Origin: Diplonema japonicum | Lineage: Eukaryota; Protista; Euglenozoa: Diplonemea | DNA length: 64,000 nucleotides | Reading direction: 5' to 3' | Assembly: GCA_964019335.1 (NCBI GenBank) | Contig: OZ025726.1 | Span: 393,703-457,702, forward strand | Shown here: piece by piece, positions 1 to 9,839 of the stretch | How the letters are laid out: every line of letters starts with the position of its first letter | Numbering within the stretch: position 1 is the first letter of the stretch | Program-made: the position numbers and the translations under genes | Notes under the pieces: generated by a model | Seen by the model: the letters and a program-made list of their open reading frames with translations, nothing else | What the model was told of the DNA's origin: nothing | Database searches by the model: none

Positions 1-2
1 AG

Positions 3-3000
3 TTGCTTTACTGCGTTGCCGACGCCCTCGCTGATGAGTGCGTTCACCTTTCCGCTTTGCATGCTGAGTTCATCACACATTGTCTGCATCTCCTTTGGCA
101 GATTCTCCGTCAGTTTCTCGAGTTGGTTATTGATACAGTCACTGTCTCCGGTGACTTTGCTCAGCGCTTGCTCGATGTGTGTCTTCAGTTCTCCTGCATG
201 CTCTTCTTGAGCAGTGAGGCACTTGGCCACTTCAGCAGCAACAACTGTTGTTACCACACGCGATAGGTGTTCTTCGTTACGCAGGGCCTCGCTGGGCATG
301 CTATTTTGCAGGATTTCGCTGGCAGTGTGCAGCTCGTCAAGTTTCTTGTGCGCCTCTTCCAGTGCACCCTTCACGATGTCGGTGACGGTGGTCTCTGTCA
401 GGTGTTCTTCGGGAAGCTTCTTGCCCACCTCATTGATGGCCTTCTTCACTTCAGTGAGCAAATCGTCACTGTTCGAGGCCTTCTGTGCCTCTTCCATGGC
501 GCCGTTCACGATGTCAGCCACTGCAGATCCCGTCAAGTGCTCTTCAGGTAACTTCTCACCCACCTCATCGATGGCCTTCTTCACTTCGGTCAGCAGGTCA
601 TTGTTTGAAGCCTTCTGTGCCTCTTCCATGGCGTCTTTTACGATGTCGGCAACTGCAGATCCCGTCAAGTGCTCTTCAGGTAACTTCTCACCCACCTCAT
701 CGATGGCCTTCTTCACTTCGGTGAGAAGGTCGTCATTGGAAGCCTTCTCTTCTATGGTGCTTTTCACAATGTCTGCTACCACCGATCTCGTCAGGTGCTC
801 TTCAGGTAACTTCTGCCTTACTTCCTCGACGATGTTCTTCACCTCCACCAGAGCCGGAGGCACGTTGGTGCTCAACTCCTCGGTAAGCAACGCCACCTGT
901 GCGGTGACGACACCTTCCACAATCTCCCGCACACTGTCTGCAGTCAAGCTTTCGCATGCTGCATCCACGTCGGTTGCTTCCCTCGCACTTTGAAGAGCGT
1001 CGAGCTTCCTGTGCGTCTCTTCTGCCACGTTCACCACAATGTCCTTCACAGCAGACCCCGTCAAGTGTTCTTCGGGAAGTTTCTTGCTTACCTCATCGAT
1101 GGCCTTCTTCACTTCGGTGAACTGATCGTCACTGTTCGAGGCCTTCTGTGCCTCCTCCAGGGCACTCTTCACGACTTGTGTCACGTCATCCGTTGTCAGG
1201 TGGTCTGCCTCCCTCAACTCCTTGCTGAGTGTTGCGACCTGCGCAGCGACTGTACTCTCGACAATTTCTCGTACATTGTCCACCGTCAAGGCGTTGGTGT
1301 TTGCAGCATCCAGGAACTTTGATGTTGCACTGTGTTCATTGCAGAGGGCGTCCAGCTTCTCGTGTACTTTCTCCATCACATTTGCTATCGCCTGCTCCGT
1401 CATGTCAGGTATTTTGTTTCTCAGTTCATCAATCGAGTTCCCCACTTCCAAGAGGATCTCGTCGCTGCTCTGTTGTGCGTCTTCCAAAACTCTCCTCACA
1501 ATGTCAGTTATGACAGCCCCTGTCAGGTTTTCTTCAGGTAGCTTCTTGCCCACCTCATCAATTGCGTTTTTCATTTCAGTGATCAGCCTGACACTGGCAT
1601 CTTTGTCATTCTGCGCCACCACTGCATTCGTCACGATACTTGCAACAGCGGCTTCTGTCAAGTGCTCCTCGGGTATGCTACTTTGCAGGGTCTCGCTGGC
1701 AGTGTGCAGCTCGTCGAGCTTCTTGTGCGCCTCTTCCAGTGCACCCTTCACGATGTCGGTAACGGTAGTCTCTGTCAGGTGTTCTTCGGGGAGCTTCTTG
1801 CCCACCTCATCGACGGCTTTCTTCACTTCGGTGAGCAGGTTGTCACTGTTCGAGGCCTTCTGTGCCTCTTCCATGGCGCCGTTCACGATGTCAGCCACTG
1901 CAGATCTCGTCAGGTGCTCCTCAGGTAACTTCTCACTCACCTCATCGATGGCTTTCTTCACTTCTGTAAGCAGGTTGTAACTGTTCGAGGCCTTCTGTGC
2001 CTCTTCCAGAGCACTCTTCACGACTCGTGCCACGTCATCTTTTGTCAGGTGTTCTTCAGGCATTTTCTTATCATCATCTGCCTTCTGTGCCTCTTCCATG
2101 GCGTCTTTCACGATGTCAGCCACTGCAGATCCCGTCAAGTGCTCTTCAGGTAGCTTCTTACCCACCTCATCGATGGCCTTCTCCACTTCGGTGAGTAGAT
2201 CCCTGTTTGAAGTTTTCTGTGCCTCTTCCATGGTGCTCTTCACAATGTCAACCACTGCAGATCCCGTCAAGTGTTCTTCAGGTAACTTCTCACCCACCTC
2301 ATCGATGGCCTTCTTCACTTCGGTGAGCAGGTCGTCATTGGAAGCCTTCTGTGCCTCTTCCACGGTGTTTTTCACAATGTCAGCCACTGCAGATCCCGTC
2401 AAGTGCTCTTCAGGTAACTTCTTGATCACCATGTCGACTGCCTTCATCACTTCCGCAAGTAGTTTGTCTTCTTTCTCGTTGTTCAACGTTTCCACTTTCA
2501 CACCAATGCTCTCTACAAGGTCCTGTATGCTGGCTTTGTCTAAAGCTTTACTGTGTATTCCTTCAGCGGTGAGAGGTGCTTCCTTCTCGACATGAAGTGC
2601 ATCGATCTTGCTGTGTGCCTCCTCCACTGCGCCCTTTACAATGTCCTTCATAGCAAGCCCTGTCAGGTGTTCTTCGGGAAGCTTCTTGATCACCTCATCG
2701 ATGGCCTTCTTCATTTCAGTGAACTGATTGTCGTTGACTGCATTCGTAACGATTTCCGACACATCGCTTCTTGTGAGGTGTGTCTCAGGCATTTCCCTGC
2801 TGGTCTCGGTGACGTGATCCTGCAATCCTTTGCTCAGTGCTTCTACTTGCGTTGTAACAATATCACCCACTACTTCTCGCAAACTGTCGGCGGTCAGTCC
2901 CTCAGGTGCATCCCGTTTGTTGAGTGTGTCGATCTTTGTGTGCGCCTCTTCCAGTGCAGCCTTTATGATCACAGTGATGGAAGTCTCTGTCAGGGGTTCT

Positions 3001-5858
3001 TCAGGTAACTTCTCACCCACCTCATCGATGGCCTTCTTCACTTCAGTGAGCAGGTCGTCATTGGAAGCCTTCTGTGCCTCTTCTATGATGCTCTTCACAA
3101 TGTCAGCAACTGCAGATTCCGTCAGGTGTGTCTGGTGTTCTGCTGGCAGCCTGTCCAACCTCTCAACGGCGTTGTTCAGCTTGTTATCAACTGTTTCTTG
3201 TGATGCAAGCACGTCGAGCACACTGTCCTTGATACCCTGCAGGAGGGCCAAGGTCCCTTCCCCTGCGTCGTTGGTCAGTGGTGCCCCCGCCTCGCACAAA
3301 TCCTCTTCTTTTGTTTTAACAACGACCTCGGCCTCTTGGTAACACTCTACCACCCCCTGCGTTTCTTTTGTTTTTTGGTCGTCCTTCTTCGCCATCACAT
3401 TCGTCACGATACTTGCAACAGCGGCTTCTGTCAAGTGCTCCTCGGGTATGCTACTTTGCAGGGTCTCGCTGGCAATGCGCAGCTCGTCGAGCTTCTTGTG
3501 CGCCTCTTCCAGTGCACCCTTCACGATGTCGGTAACGGTAGTCTCTGTCAGGTGTTCTTCGGGAAGCTTCTTGCCCACCTCATCGATGGCTTTCTTCACT
3601 TCGGTGAGCAGGTTGTCACTGTTCGAGGCCTTCTGTGCCTCTTCCAGAGCACTCTTCACGACTCGTGCCACGTCATCTTTTGTCAGGTGTTCTTCAGGTT
3701 TTTTCTCATCATCATCTGCCTTCTGTGCCTCTTCCATGGCGTCTTTCACGATGTCAGCCACTGCAGATCCCGTCAAGTGCTCTTCAGGTAACTTCCTACC
3801 CACCTCATCGATGGCCTTCTCCACTTCTGTGAGCAGGTCCCTGTTTGAAGTTTTCTGTGCCTCTTTCATGGCGTCCTTCACAATGTCAACCACTGCAGAT
3901 CCCGTCAAGTGTTCTTCAGGTAACTTCTCACCCACCTCATCGATGGCCTTCTTCACTTCGGTGAGCAGGTCGTCATTGGAAGCCTTCTGTGCCTCTTCCA
4001 TGGTGCTCTTCACGATGTCAGCCACTGCAGACCCTGTCAGGTGTTCTTCGGGAAGCTTCTCACTCACCTCATCGATGGCCTTCTTCATTTCAGTGAGCAG
4101 GTTGTCACTGTTCGAGGCCTTCTGTGCCTCTTCCATGGCGTCTTTCACGATGTCAGCCACTGCAGATCCCGTCAAGTGCTCTTTGGGCATCTTAGTACCT
4201 ACATCATCGACAGTCTCCTTCATGTGAGCCACATCACCGCTAGTGCGCTTCAGTTCATCGCTAAGTGTAGTCACTTGCGTTGTAAGTACATTCAGCAACT
4301 GAGGTGCCACACCCTCCACTCTGTCCTTGATGCCATTCAGGAGGGCTAACGTCTCCTCCGGAGTGGACTTGCCGATCGCTTCCTTCACAACGCTTCCAAC
4401 TTTGTCTGCAGTGAGAGCACTCCCGGGCTTCTCTGCCAGCGACGTTTTCATACCTTCGCATGCCTTTAACAACGTCTTGTTGCCCTTGGCGAGCTCTTGC
4501 AGGGTGGTGTTCATGGTAACTAGTGGGTCAGACTTGGCCTTGCGGACCTCGAGGGCTGCCTTGATGTCGGAGAGCGTCTTACCCACATCGCCTGACGCAG
4601 TGCCTACTGTGTCTAACTTCTTGTTGGTGCTCGCCGCTGCTTGAGAGATAACTTTGCTAACTTCTGCCAATGTGAGGCGTTCCCTTGCCGCTTCCGTCTG
4701 CATAGCCTTCAGGATGATGTGGTTCTCCTCGTTCGCTTTGCTACTAGCCGCATCAAGATTTTCTACTTTCTTCTCAACTGCGGTGACGCTGTCCGCAATC
4801 TTTGCGACTTCGTGCTGCACAAGCTCCGCCAGCACCTCCATGTCGATGGTCTGCTTGCAGATGTCTTGGATCTTTTTGAAGAACTGCCCTGACGGCACGG
4901 TGATTTGCGGTGAGCGCTCCTTCTCATTTTGAATTGCTTTGATTTCCTCGCTGAAGCTGTGCCCAGCACGGGGGGTTGAACTCGTGCTTGCTTCTTCAGC
5001 TTGTGGTTCCACTTGGGTCTTTCTGAAAAGACTTGGTACAATGTACAACAGAAAGGCAACAACAGACCCGATGGCAAGAAAGGTCATCAGCTGCTGCTGG
5101 TGGTGTTCATGGAAGGCTCTGTGATCGTTGTCGGCCCGCCTGCGTTCCTCGGTCAAGCTTTTAAGCGTTTCGAACATCTTGCGGAGTTCGTCATCCGACG
5201 GTCCGGCATGGTGGGCAGGGACAGGGACAGGGTGCACAGGGCCCACTTCTACAGGATGCGGTGGGGGCACAACAGGGATCGTGGGTGTGGACGTGGGCAC
5301 ATCAATGACCGGACAGGTCTGATTAATAAAGACCTCCACCTCCTTGATGACTGTCTTGACGGTTGTCGTGTTCACCACACGCACCTCGACCTTGGGCTCT
5401 GGGTAGTACTTAGGGCCTGACCAAATGCGGTCACTTACTCTGCTGGTGAAGAGTGCAACAGAAGAGACACCGAAACCAGACACCACTGAGGCCATGGTTA
5501 GCTTCTCAGCCATGATGTAAGTAAGGGTAGCAGGACCCATGTTGCCAAGCAGTCCAAGGGCACCAAGTTGCGCTGCGACCATCGGCCCGACAGGAGTCAT
5601 CAGGACTGCTCCCCCTGTGACCAGACCAGCACCTACCCCCACTACCACATCAGTCGGCCTGTACATCCACATGTCCCCCATGATGGGTACTTGCTTCTTT
5701 TTAAGAGGTGGTTTAACATCCTTCTGCTCCGAGTCGGTGCAAGGGCTGAGGCTAGGGTCGTCGGGGCTAACAGGGACTGGGGCTGAGTTCGGTTCTTCCC
5801 CTCCACACACCCCAACTGATATTAGCAGCACAGCACATATCACTCCACGGGCTTTCAT
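3..5858 (-). CDS. Giant (>=1952 aa, 3'-partial) membrane protein with signal peptide, TM segments and tandem ~44-aa helical repeats
   Basis: ATG at 5858 (MKARGVICAVLLISVGVCGGEEP), then hydrophobic segments (e.g. LMTFLAIGSVVAFLLYIV) and repeats of EHLTGSAVADIVKDAMEEAQKASNNDLLTEVKKAIDEVGEKLP with a 132-nt period. The plus-strand shadow ORFs all sit in one register, consistent with a single frame open to the window edge; that is why the ORF track omits it. Confidence 0.85.
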   Translation of the reverse strand, partial: MKARGVICAVLLISVGVCGGEEPNSAPVPVSPDDPSLSPCTDSEQKDVKPPLKKKQVPIMGDMWMYRPTDVVVGVGAGLVTGGAVLMTPVGPMVAAQLGALGLLGNMGPATLTYIMAEKLTMASVVSGFGVSSVALFTSRVSDRIWSGPKYYPEPKVEVRVVNTTTVKTVIKEVEVFINQTCPVIDVPTSTPTIPVVPPPHPVEVGPVHPVPVPAHHAGPSDDELRKMFETLKSLTEERRRADNDHRAFHEHHQQQLMTFLAIGSVVAFLLYIVPSLFRKTQVEPQAEEASTSSTPRAGHSFSEEIKAIQNEKERSPQITVPSGQFFKKIQDICKQTIDMEVLAELVQHEVAKIADSVTAVEKKVENLDAASSKANEENHIILKAMQTEAARERLTLAEVSKVISQAAASTNKKLDTVGTASGDVGKTLSDIKAALEVRKAKSDPLVTMNTTLQELAKGNKTLLKACEGMKTSLAEKPGSALTADKVGSVVKEAIGKSTPEETLALLNGIKDRVEGVAPQLLNVLTTQVTTLSDELKRTSGDVAHMKETVDDVGTKMPKEHLTGSAVADIVKDAMEEAQKASNSDNLLTEMKKAIDEVSEKLPEEHLTGSAVADIVKSTMEEAQKASNDDLLTEVKKAIDEVGEKLPEEHLTGSAVVDIVKDAMKEAQKTSNRDLLTEVEKAIDEVGRKLPEEHLTGSAVADIVKDAMEEAQKADDDEKKPEEHLTKDDVARVVKSALEEAQKASNSDNLLTEVKKAIDEVGKKLPEEHLTETTVTDIVKGALEEAHKKLDELRIASETLQSSIPEEHLTEAAVASIVTNVMAKKDDQKTKETQGVVECYQEAEVVVKTKEEDLCEAGAPLTNDAGEGTLALLQGIKDSVLDVLASQETVDNKLNNAVERLDRLPAEHQTHLTESAVADIVKSIIEEAQKASNDDLLTEVKKAIDEVGEKLPEEPLTETSITVIIKAALEEAHTKIDTLNKRDAPEGLTADSLREVVGDIVTTQVEALSKGLQDHVTETSREMPETHLTRSDVSEIVTNAVNDNQFTEMKKAIDEVIKKLPEEHLTGLAMKDIVKGAVEEAHSKIDALHVEKEAPLTAEGIHSKALDKASIQDLVESIGVKVETLNNEKEDKLLAEVMKAVDMVIKKLPEEHLTGSAVADIVKNTVEEAQKASNDDLLTEVKKAIDEVGEKLPEEHLTGSAVVDIVKSTMEEAQKTSNRDLLTEVEKAIDEVGKKLPEEHLTGSAVADIVKDAMEEAQKADDDKKMPEEHLTKDDVARVVKSALEEAQKASNSYNLLTEVKKAIDEVSEKLPEEHLTRSAVADIVNGAMEEAQKASNSDNLLTEVKKAVDEVGKKLPEEHLTETTVTDIVKGALEEAHKKLDELHTASETLQSSIPEEHLTEAAVASIVTNAVVAQNDKDASVRLITEMKNAIDEVGKKLPEENLTGAVITDIVRRVLEDAQQSSDEILLEVGNSIDELRNKIPDMTEQAIANVMEKVHEKLDALCNEHSATSKFLDAANTNALTVDNVREIVESTVAAQVATLSKELREADHLTTDDVTQVVKSALEEAQKASNSDDQFTEVKKAIDEVSKKLPEEHLTGSAVKDIVVNVAEETHRKLDALQSAREATDVDAACESLTADSVREIVEGVVTAQVALLTEELSTNVPPALVEVKNIVEEVRQKLPEEHLTRSVVADIVKSTIEEKASNDDLLTEVKKAIDEVGEKLPEEHLTGSAVADIVKDAMEEAQKASNNDLLTEVKKAIDEVGEKLPEEHLTGSAVADIVNGAMEEAQKASNSDDLLTEVKKAINEVGKKLPEEHLTETTVTDIVKGALEEAHKKLDELHTASEILQNSMPSEALRNEEHLSRVVTTVVAAEVAKCLTAQEEHAGELKTHIEQALSKVTGDSDCINNQLEKLTENLPKEMQTMCDELSMQSGKVNALISEGVGNAVKQ

Positions 5859-6363
5859 TTTTTTTTCCCCCCGTTTTTTGCTCTTAAATAACAGACAACA
5901 ACGGTCTCCCGGGGGACCCTCCCACCTGTGATGGATGTACGGGTGGGTGCCGTACCAAGCAAGCAATTGGAATATATGATGTGCCATGTATGGCGTGATG
6001 ATGGCGGCTTCATGACAACTAAAAGAGTGAAGGAAGGGGGTGGTGGGGGAAAAGAGAGAAATGGAGGGAGGGGGGGGGGGGGGGGCAACGAAGAAAGAAG
6101 GGGGAAAAATAATCAGAAAAAAAAAATACGAAGCCCCCAAGTATAAAAGAGAAAAAATAGAGAAAAAAAAAAGGGAAACGGAAAAAAAAAAATGGTTGTG
6201 GAAAACCCCCTCTTGTACTTCCCCTCCTCTCTCTTTTTTTTTTTTTTTTTTTTGCTCCTCACTACCTAAAGGGCTAGACAAAGTAACAAGGTGGCATGTT
6301 ATAGAAAACAAGGGGTATGTGTTGTGAGAAAATCGGCTTCTTGTAGAATGACGGGAAACCGAA

Positions 6364-6397
<34 letters not shown>

Positions 6398-6493
6398 CTG
6401 AGAAAATATTAAACACGAAAAAAAAGGGGGGAACAAATCCACGAAGGCAGGCAAGCAAGCATCGACCCTCCACCCCACCCTTCCACACACAGC

Positions 6494-7628
6494 CTACAAG
6501 GTCTTCCCCACGTAATCCCCTTGGTAACCCTGTATATTTTTTTTTTTTTTTTTTTTTACGTTTTTTTTTTTTTTTTAGAGTGGGCCGACATACCTTCCCA
6601 TGCAGACAGTTGAGATGGATCCCAAGTCGCATCCTCTGTTTTTGCTGTTCTCTGGTGTGTTGCTTCTCCGCTCTCTTTTCCTTGGGACCCAGCTTCTTCT
6701 GTTCGATTAGTGCCCTGTACCTGTTCATCTGAACAGTGGTCATGTGCGACCTCTCTTGCTGAGTGATCATCTTCTTTGCCCTGCTCTCCTCCGTCTCCTC
6801 CACGGCCATCTGCATGGGTGCCATGTGGTGCTTGTGCTCATGGCGTGACACGATGACAGCGCCAGACGCAAGGGTGAGGAGTTCGTCCTGCGCAGATGCA
6901 CCCGCAAGTTTCCTTCGTTCTGTGAATGCAGCGTGGTTCTTGTAGAATTCAGAGTATTCCCCGTCTGTGAGGGTGATCATCTGGTGACCAACAGCGGACA
7001 TGTGGTTCTGGCAGCCTTCTCTCGTTTCGAAGACCTTGCTGTCATTGCACACCAAGCACATGCAACCGTTCACCTTTACGGAGAGGTATTCGAGAAGCTT
7101 GGTGATGTCTGAGATGTCATCAACAAGCGGGAGGGTGAAGTTGTGCACCTTTGCCATGTGGCATAGAGCATCCTCCGCACATGGTGCTCTGATGTTGCAG
7201 AAAAGACAGTCGGTTGACTGCAGTTCTTGATTCTCGGTTATCCTTTCCGCCGATGCCTCCCATGTTTCCTCCTTGTTGAGCTCGTCGTCAGAGCTGAGCG
7301 GTTCGTCGGTATCCTCTTCGGGTTGGGACTCCATGGCTCTTTCAAGCCTTTTCCTTGCTTTTTTGTCCTTGTGTTTCTGCGATTGCAAGTGGCTGCTCAG
7401 TGTCTGGGCGGTGCCGAATTTCTTGTCGCAGATTGTGCATTTGTAGCTGGTGCTTGCAATGCTTGTTGCTGCCCTGCTGCTGCGGACACCGTGAGCTGCA
7501 GCAGTCAGCGGTACCAGACCGGCAACTCTCCGCTTTACATTGTCATTGTGGAGCTGAGCGTCGTAGTGCCTGATCATCGCGTCCCTGTCCGGGAATCCCA
7601 TGGAACAGGTGTTGCAGTTAAATTGCAT
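6494..7628 (-). CDS. REI1: REI1/ZNF622-like C2H2 zinc-finger pre-60S maturation factor, one intron (6530-6593)
   Basis: Hand translation gives MQFNCNTCSMGF...HYDAQLHNDNVKRRVAGLVPL, YKCTICDKKF...HLQSQKH, CLFC...HMAKVHNF, CLVC...QNHM...GH. A GT..AG 64-nt intron leads to the terminal exon GYQGDYVGKTL*. Not in the ORF track. Confidence 0.88.
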
Positions 7629-8442
7629 TTTTTTTTGTGTTATTGTTGGCCCCCCCACCCTTTTTTTTTTGCAACGCGGGTTTTAAGAATGAGGAAAAAA
7701 AAAAAAAAAGGGATGAACATGGAACAAATCACACAGGCACATCATCCCCCACACCAGAGCACCCACACCAGCAGATTTTGTTCTCCGTAACACTTTCCGA
7801 CGGGGGGGGGGGGGGGTGCATCTTTTCTTTTTTTGTTTCTTCGTTTTTTTTTTCTCTTTCTTTCCTTTCTTTCCAAGGTAAGGGTGCTTAATATTAAAAA
7901 ATAATGTATTTTTTTGAGTTCTCCCCCCCCCCTCCCATCATAATGTTGCACTCACCCCAGTTGTGTGTTTCTTCACTTTTTTTTTTTCCTTCTTCCGTCC
8001 TTCCTTATTTCGTTATTTATTCATTCTTTCATCATTTTCTTTCTTGCTGGTTCAGTGGTGTGGCGGAGGTAACCCCATACTGGGTGAAAATAAAAAGAGG
8101 GACTTTTTTTTGTGGCACCAAAAAAAGGGGGGGGGGGAAGAGAGGGAAGGTTTTTTTTTTTTTTTTTGTGGAGCAAGAATATATTTCTTTTTTTTTCTTC
8201 TTCTATCTTCTTTCTTATTTGGGTAGTCTTAAAAACCTCTTCTCAAAAAAATCAAAGGAGGGGGATGGGGAAAAAAAAAAAAATCGTTGGTTAATTTTGC
8301 AGAGTATCTGGAGCCAAAAAAAAAAAGAAAACAAAAAGCGTTAAGAGCGCAAGGAGTTTGGGGATGGGAACAACACTTTAAAAAAAAAAGTTCCACAAAA
8401 AAGGGAGATGCCGGGGCTCTAAAAGAAAAAAGTGTGGGTGGG

Positions 8443-8487
<45 letters not shown>

Positions 8488-8734
8488 AGGAAAAAAAAAA
8501 TCACGTTGAATGGAAGGTGGTGAGGGGAAGGGGGATGAAGAATAAAGGAAAGACCGCGAAGAACGCCGAAGAAAGAAATCCTCCCCCTTCCCACACCCTG
8601 ACCCTTATAAATCTAAAAGAAAAAAAAAATTAAAAATGCGGGGGTTGGTCTGTCTTTACCAAGACATTGATACTTCAGTTCTCTCTCCCTGTCTCTTTTT
8701 TTTTTCTTTTTTTTCGTTCTTAATCTCCTTCACT

Positions 8735-8989
8735 TCACTTCTCGTGAGGCTCGTATTTGATGCTGGTGTTTGAGCCAAGCTGGGGTGGGAAATTAGAAAA
8801 AAATTAAAAAAAAAAATTACAAAATACCTGAAGAAGTGTGAGAAGCCTCTGCTTCAACTCTTCGAGGGCATCGCCTTGCGTCTTGTCGCGTGTCCACACT
8901 GAAATTTTGGTTTGGGCCTTTCGTCGCCCGAGTGCCGCACCAGTGACGTGCCCTTCAGCGATGGGTGCTACACCATCTTCCACGTATTC

Positions 8990-9025
<36 letters not shown>

Positions 9026-9429
9026 CCCACACCGATCATGGCCAGCAGCAAGTGTTCCCACGTTTCATTCAGCGCCTCCTCCTTGCTGGGTTGTATGGCG
9101 ATGATGAACCTGCCGCCTTCCTTGTTCGCCGGGTCCTCCCACATAGGCTTGATCCCGCTCTTTGTATGAATTTGTGTTCAGAAAGAAGACAAAAAAAAAA
9201 AAAGGAAAAACACACACACCTTGAACACATGGTAATTGGCACCATACTCCAAAGATGTGGGCCGCTTGATGTGGTTGTAGGTGCTCCAGAAATCCTCCAC
9301 TGTGTCGAAGTCAGACACCTTCATAAGGTTCTCCTCCCACGACTTGTCGGGATCCTGCTTCTTGAAGGAGTCGTACCACATCGTCCATTTGTGCTCCAGC
9401 GGGTGCTTCCCGTTTGCGGTATCCGCCAT
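8735..9429 (-). CDS. eIF4E: Translation initiation factor eIF4E; introns 9160-9219, 8992-9032, 8780-8827
   Basis: KHPLEHKWTMWYD, FDTVEDFWSTYNHI, YHVFK|SGIKPMWEDPANKEGG, ISVWT and YEPH motifs are joined in frame by three GT-AG introns. Confidence 0.93.
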
Positions 9430-9535
9430 TATGCAGCTAACCTCCTGAAGGGGGTGTGGGTGGGTAAGGGAATGCTAACGAGAAAATTAATAAAAACAGA
9501 AATGAGAAGCAAAGATATAAGAGATAAAGGACGGC

Positions 9536-9780
9536 CAGGTGTTGGTGGCGCCCTGCACAATCTACTTGACTACGGGGGCGCACCTCGGCCTAGCTTCTTC
9601 TGCATTCCACGTGTCCTTGTTGCGCGCGGTGTGCAGAGGCGCCTTGGGTAACCAAGATCCTACGCTCGTGCAGTTTGCTGCCTGTTCGTCACCCTGAGCA
9701 TGCAATACCGGTGATGACCGACAAACATCTGATGTACTTCTTTATATCTCCATGTTGTCCCCACCACCCGAGAAAAAACA
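9536..9780. repeat. Solitary diverged copy of the internal sequence of the hAT-like fold-back element at 48.2-50.1 kb
   Basis: Shares blocks such as gtaaccaagat..ctcgtgcagtttgctgcctgttc.tcaccctgagcat and acatctgatgtacttct with 49100-49370, and in inverted orientation with 49590-49880. Confidence 0.8.
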
Positions 9781-9839
9781 AACAAAAAAAAAAAAAAAAA
9801 AACAAAAGAAATAGAACCCAGAAGGGTCCTTGCAGCCAT

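Noticed and set aside
3-5931. Many plus-strand Ser/Phe-rich ORFs
   Set aside because: Antisense shadows of the minus-strand repeat protein.
3-7628. Apparent single stop-free minus-strand frame fusing REI1 to the giant repeat protein
   Set aside because: The link runs through the REI1 intron and low-complexity spacer. Splicing gives REI1 its own stop at 6494, and the repeat protein has its own ATG and signal peptide. The shared frame is a coincidence that explains why both are missing from the track.
7630-8720. Lys- or Phe-rich ORFs in intergenic DNA (also 18060-19960, 27770-28170, 63190-63530)
   Set aside because: Produced by poly-A/poly-T homopolymer runs; no coding signal.
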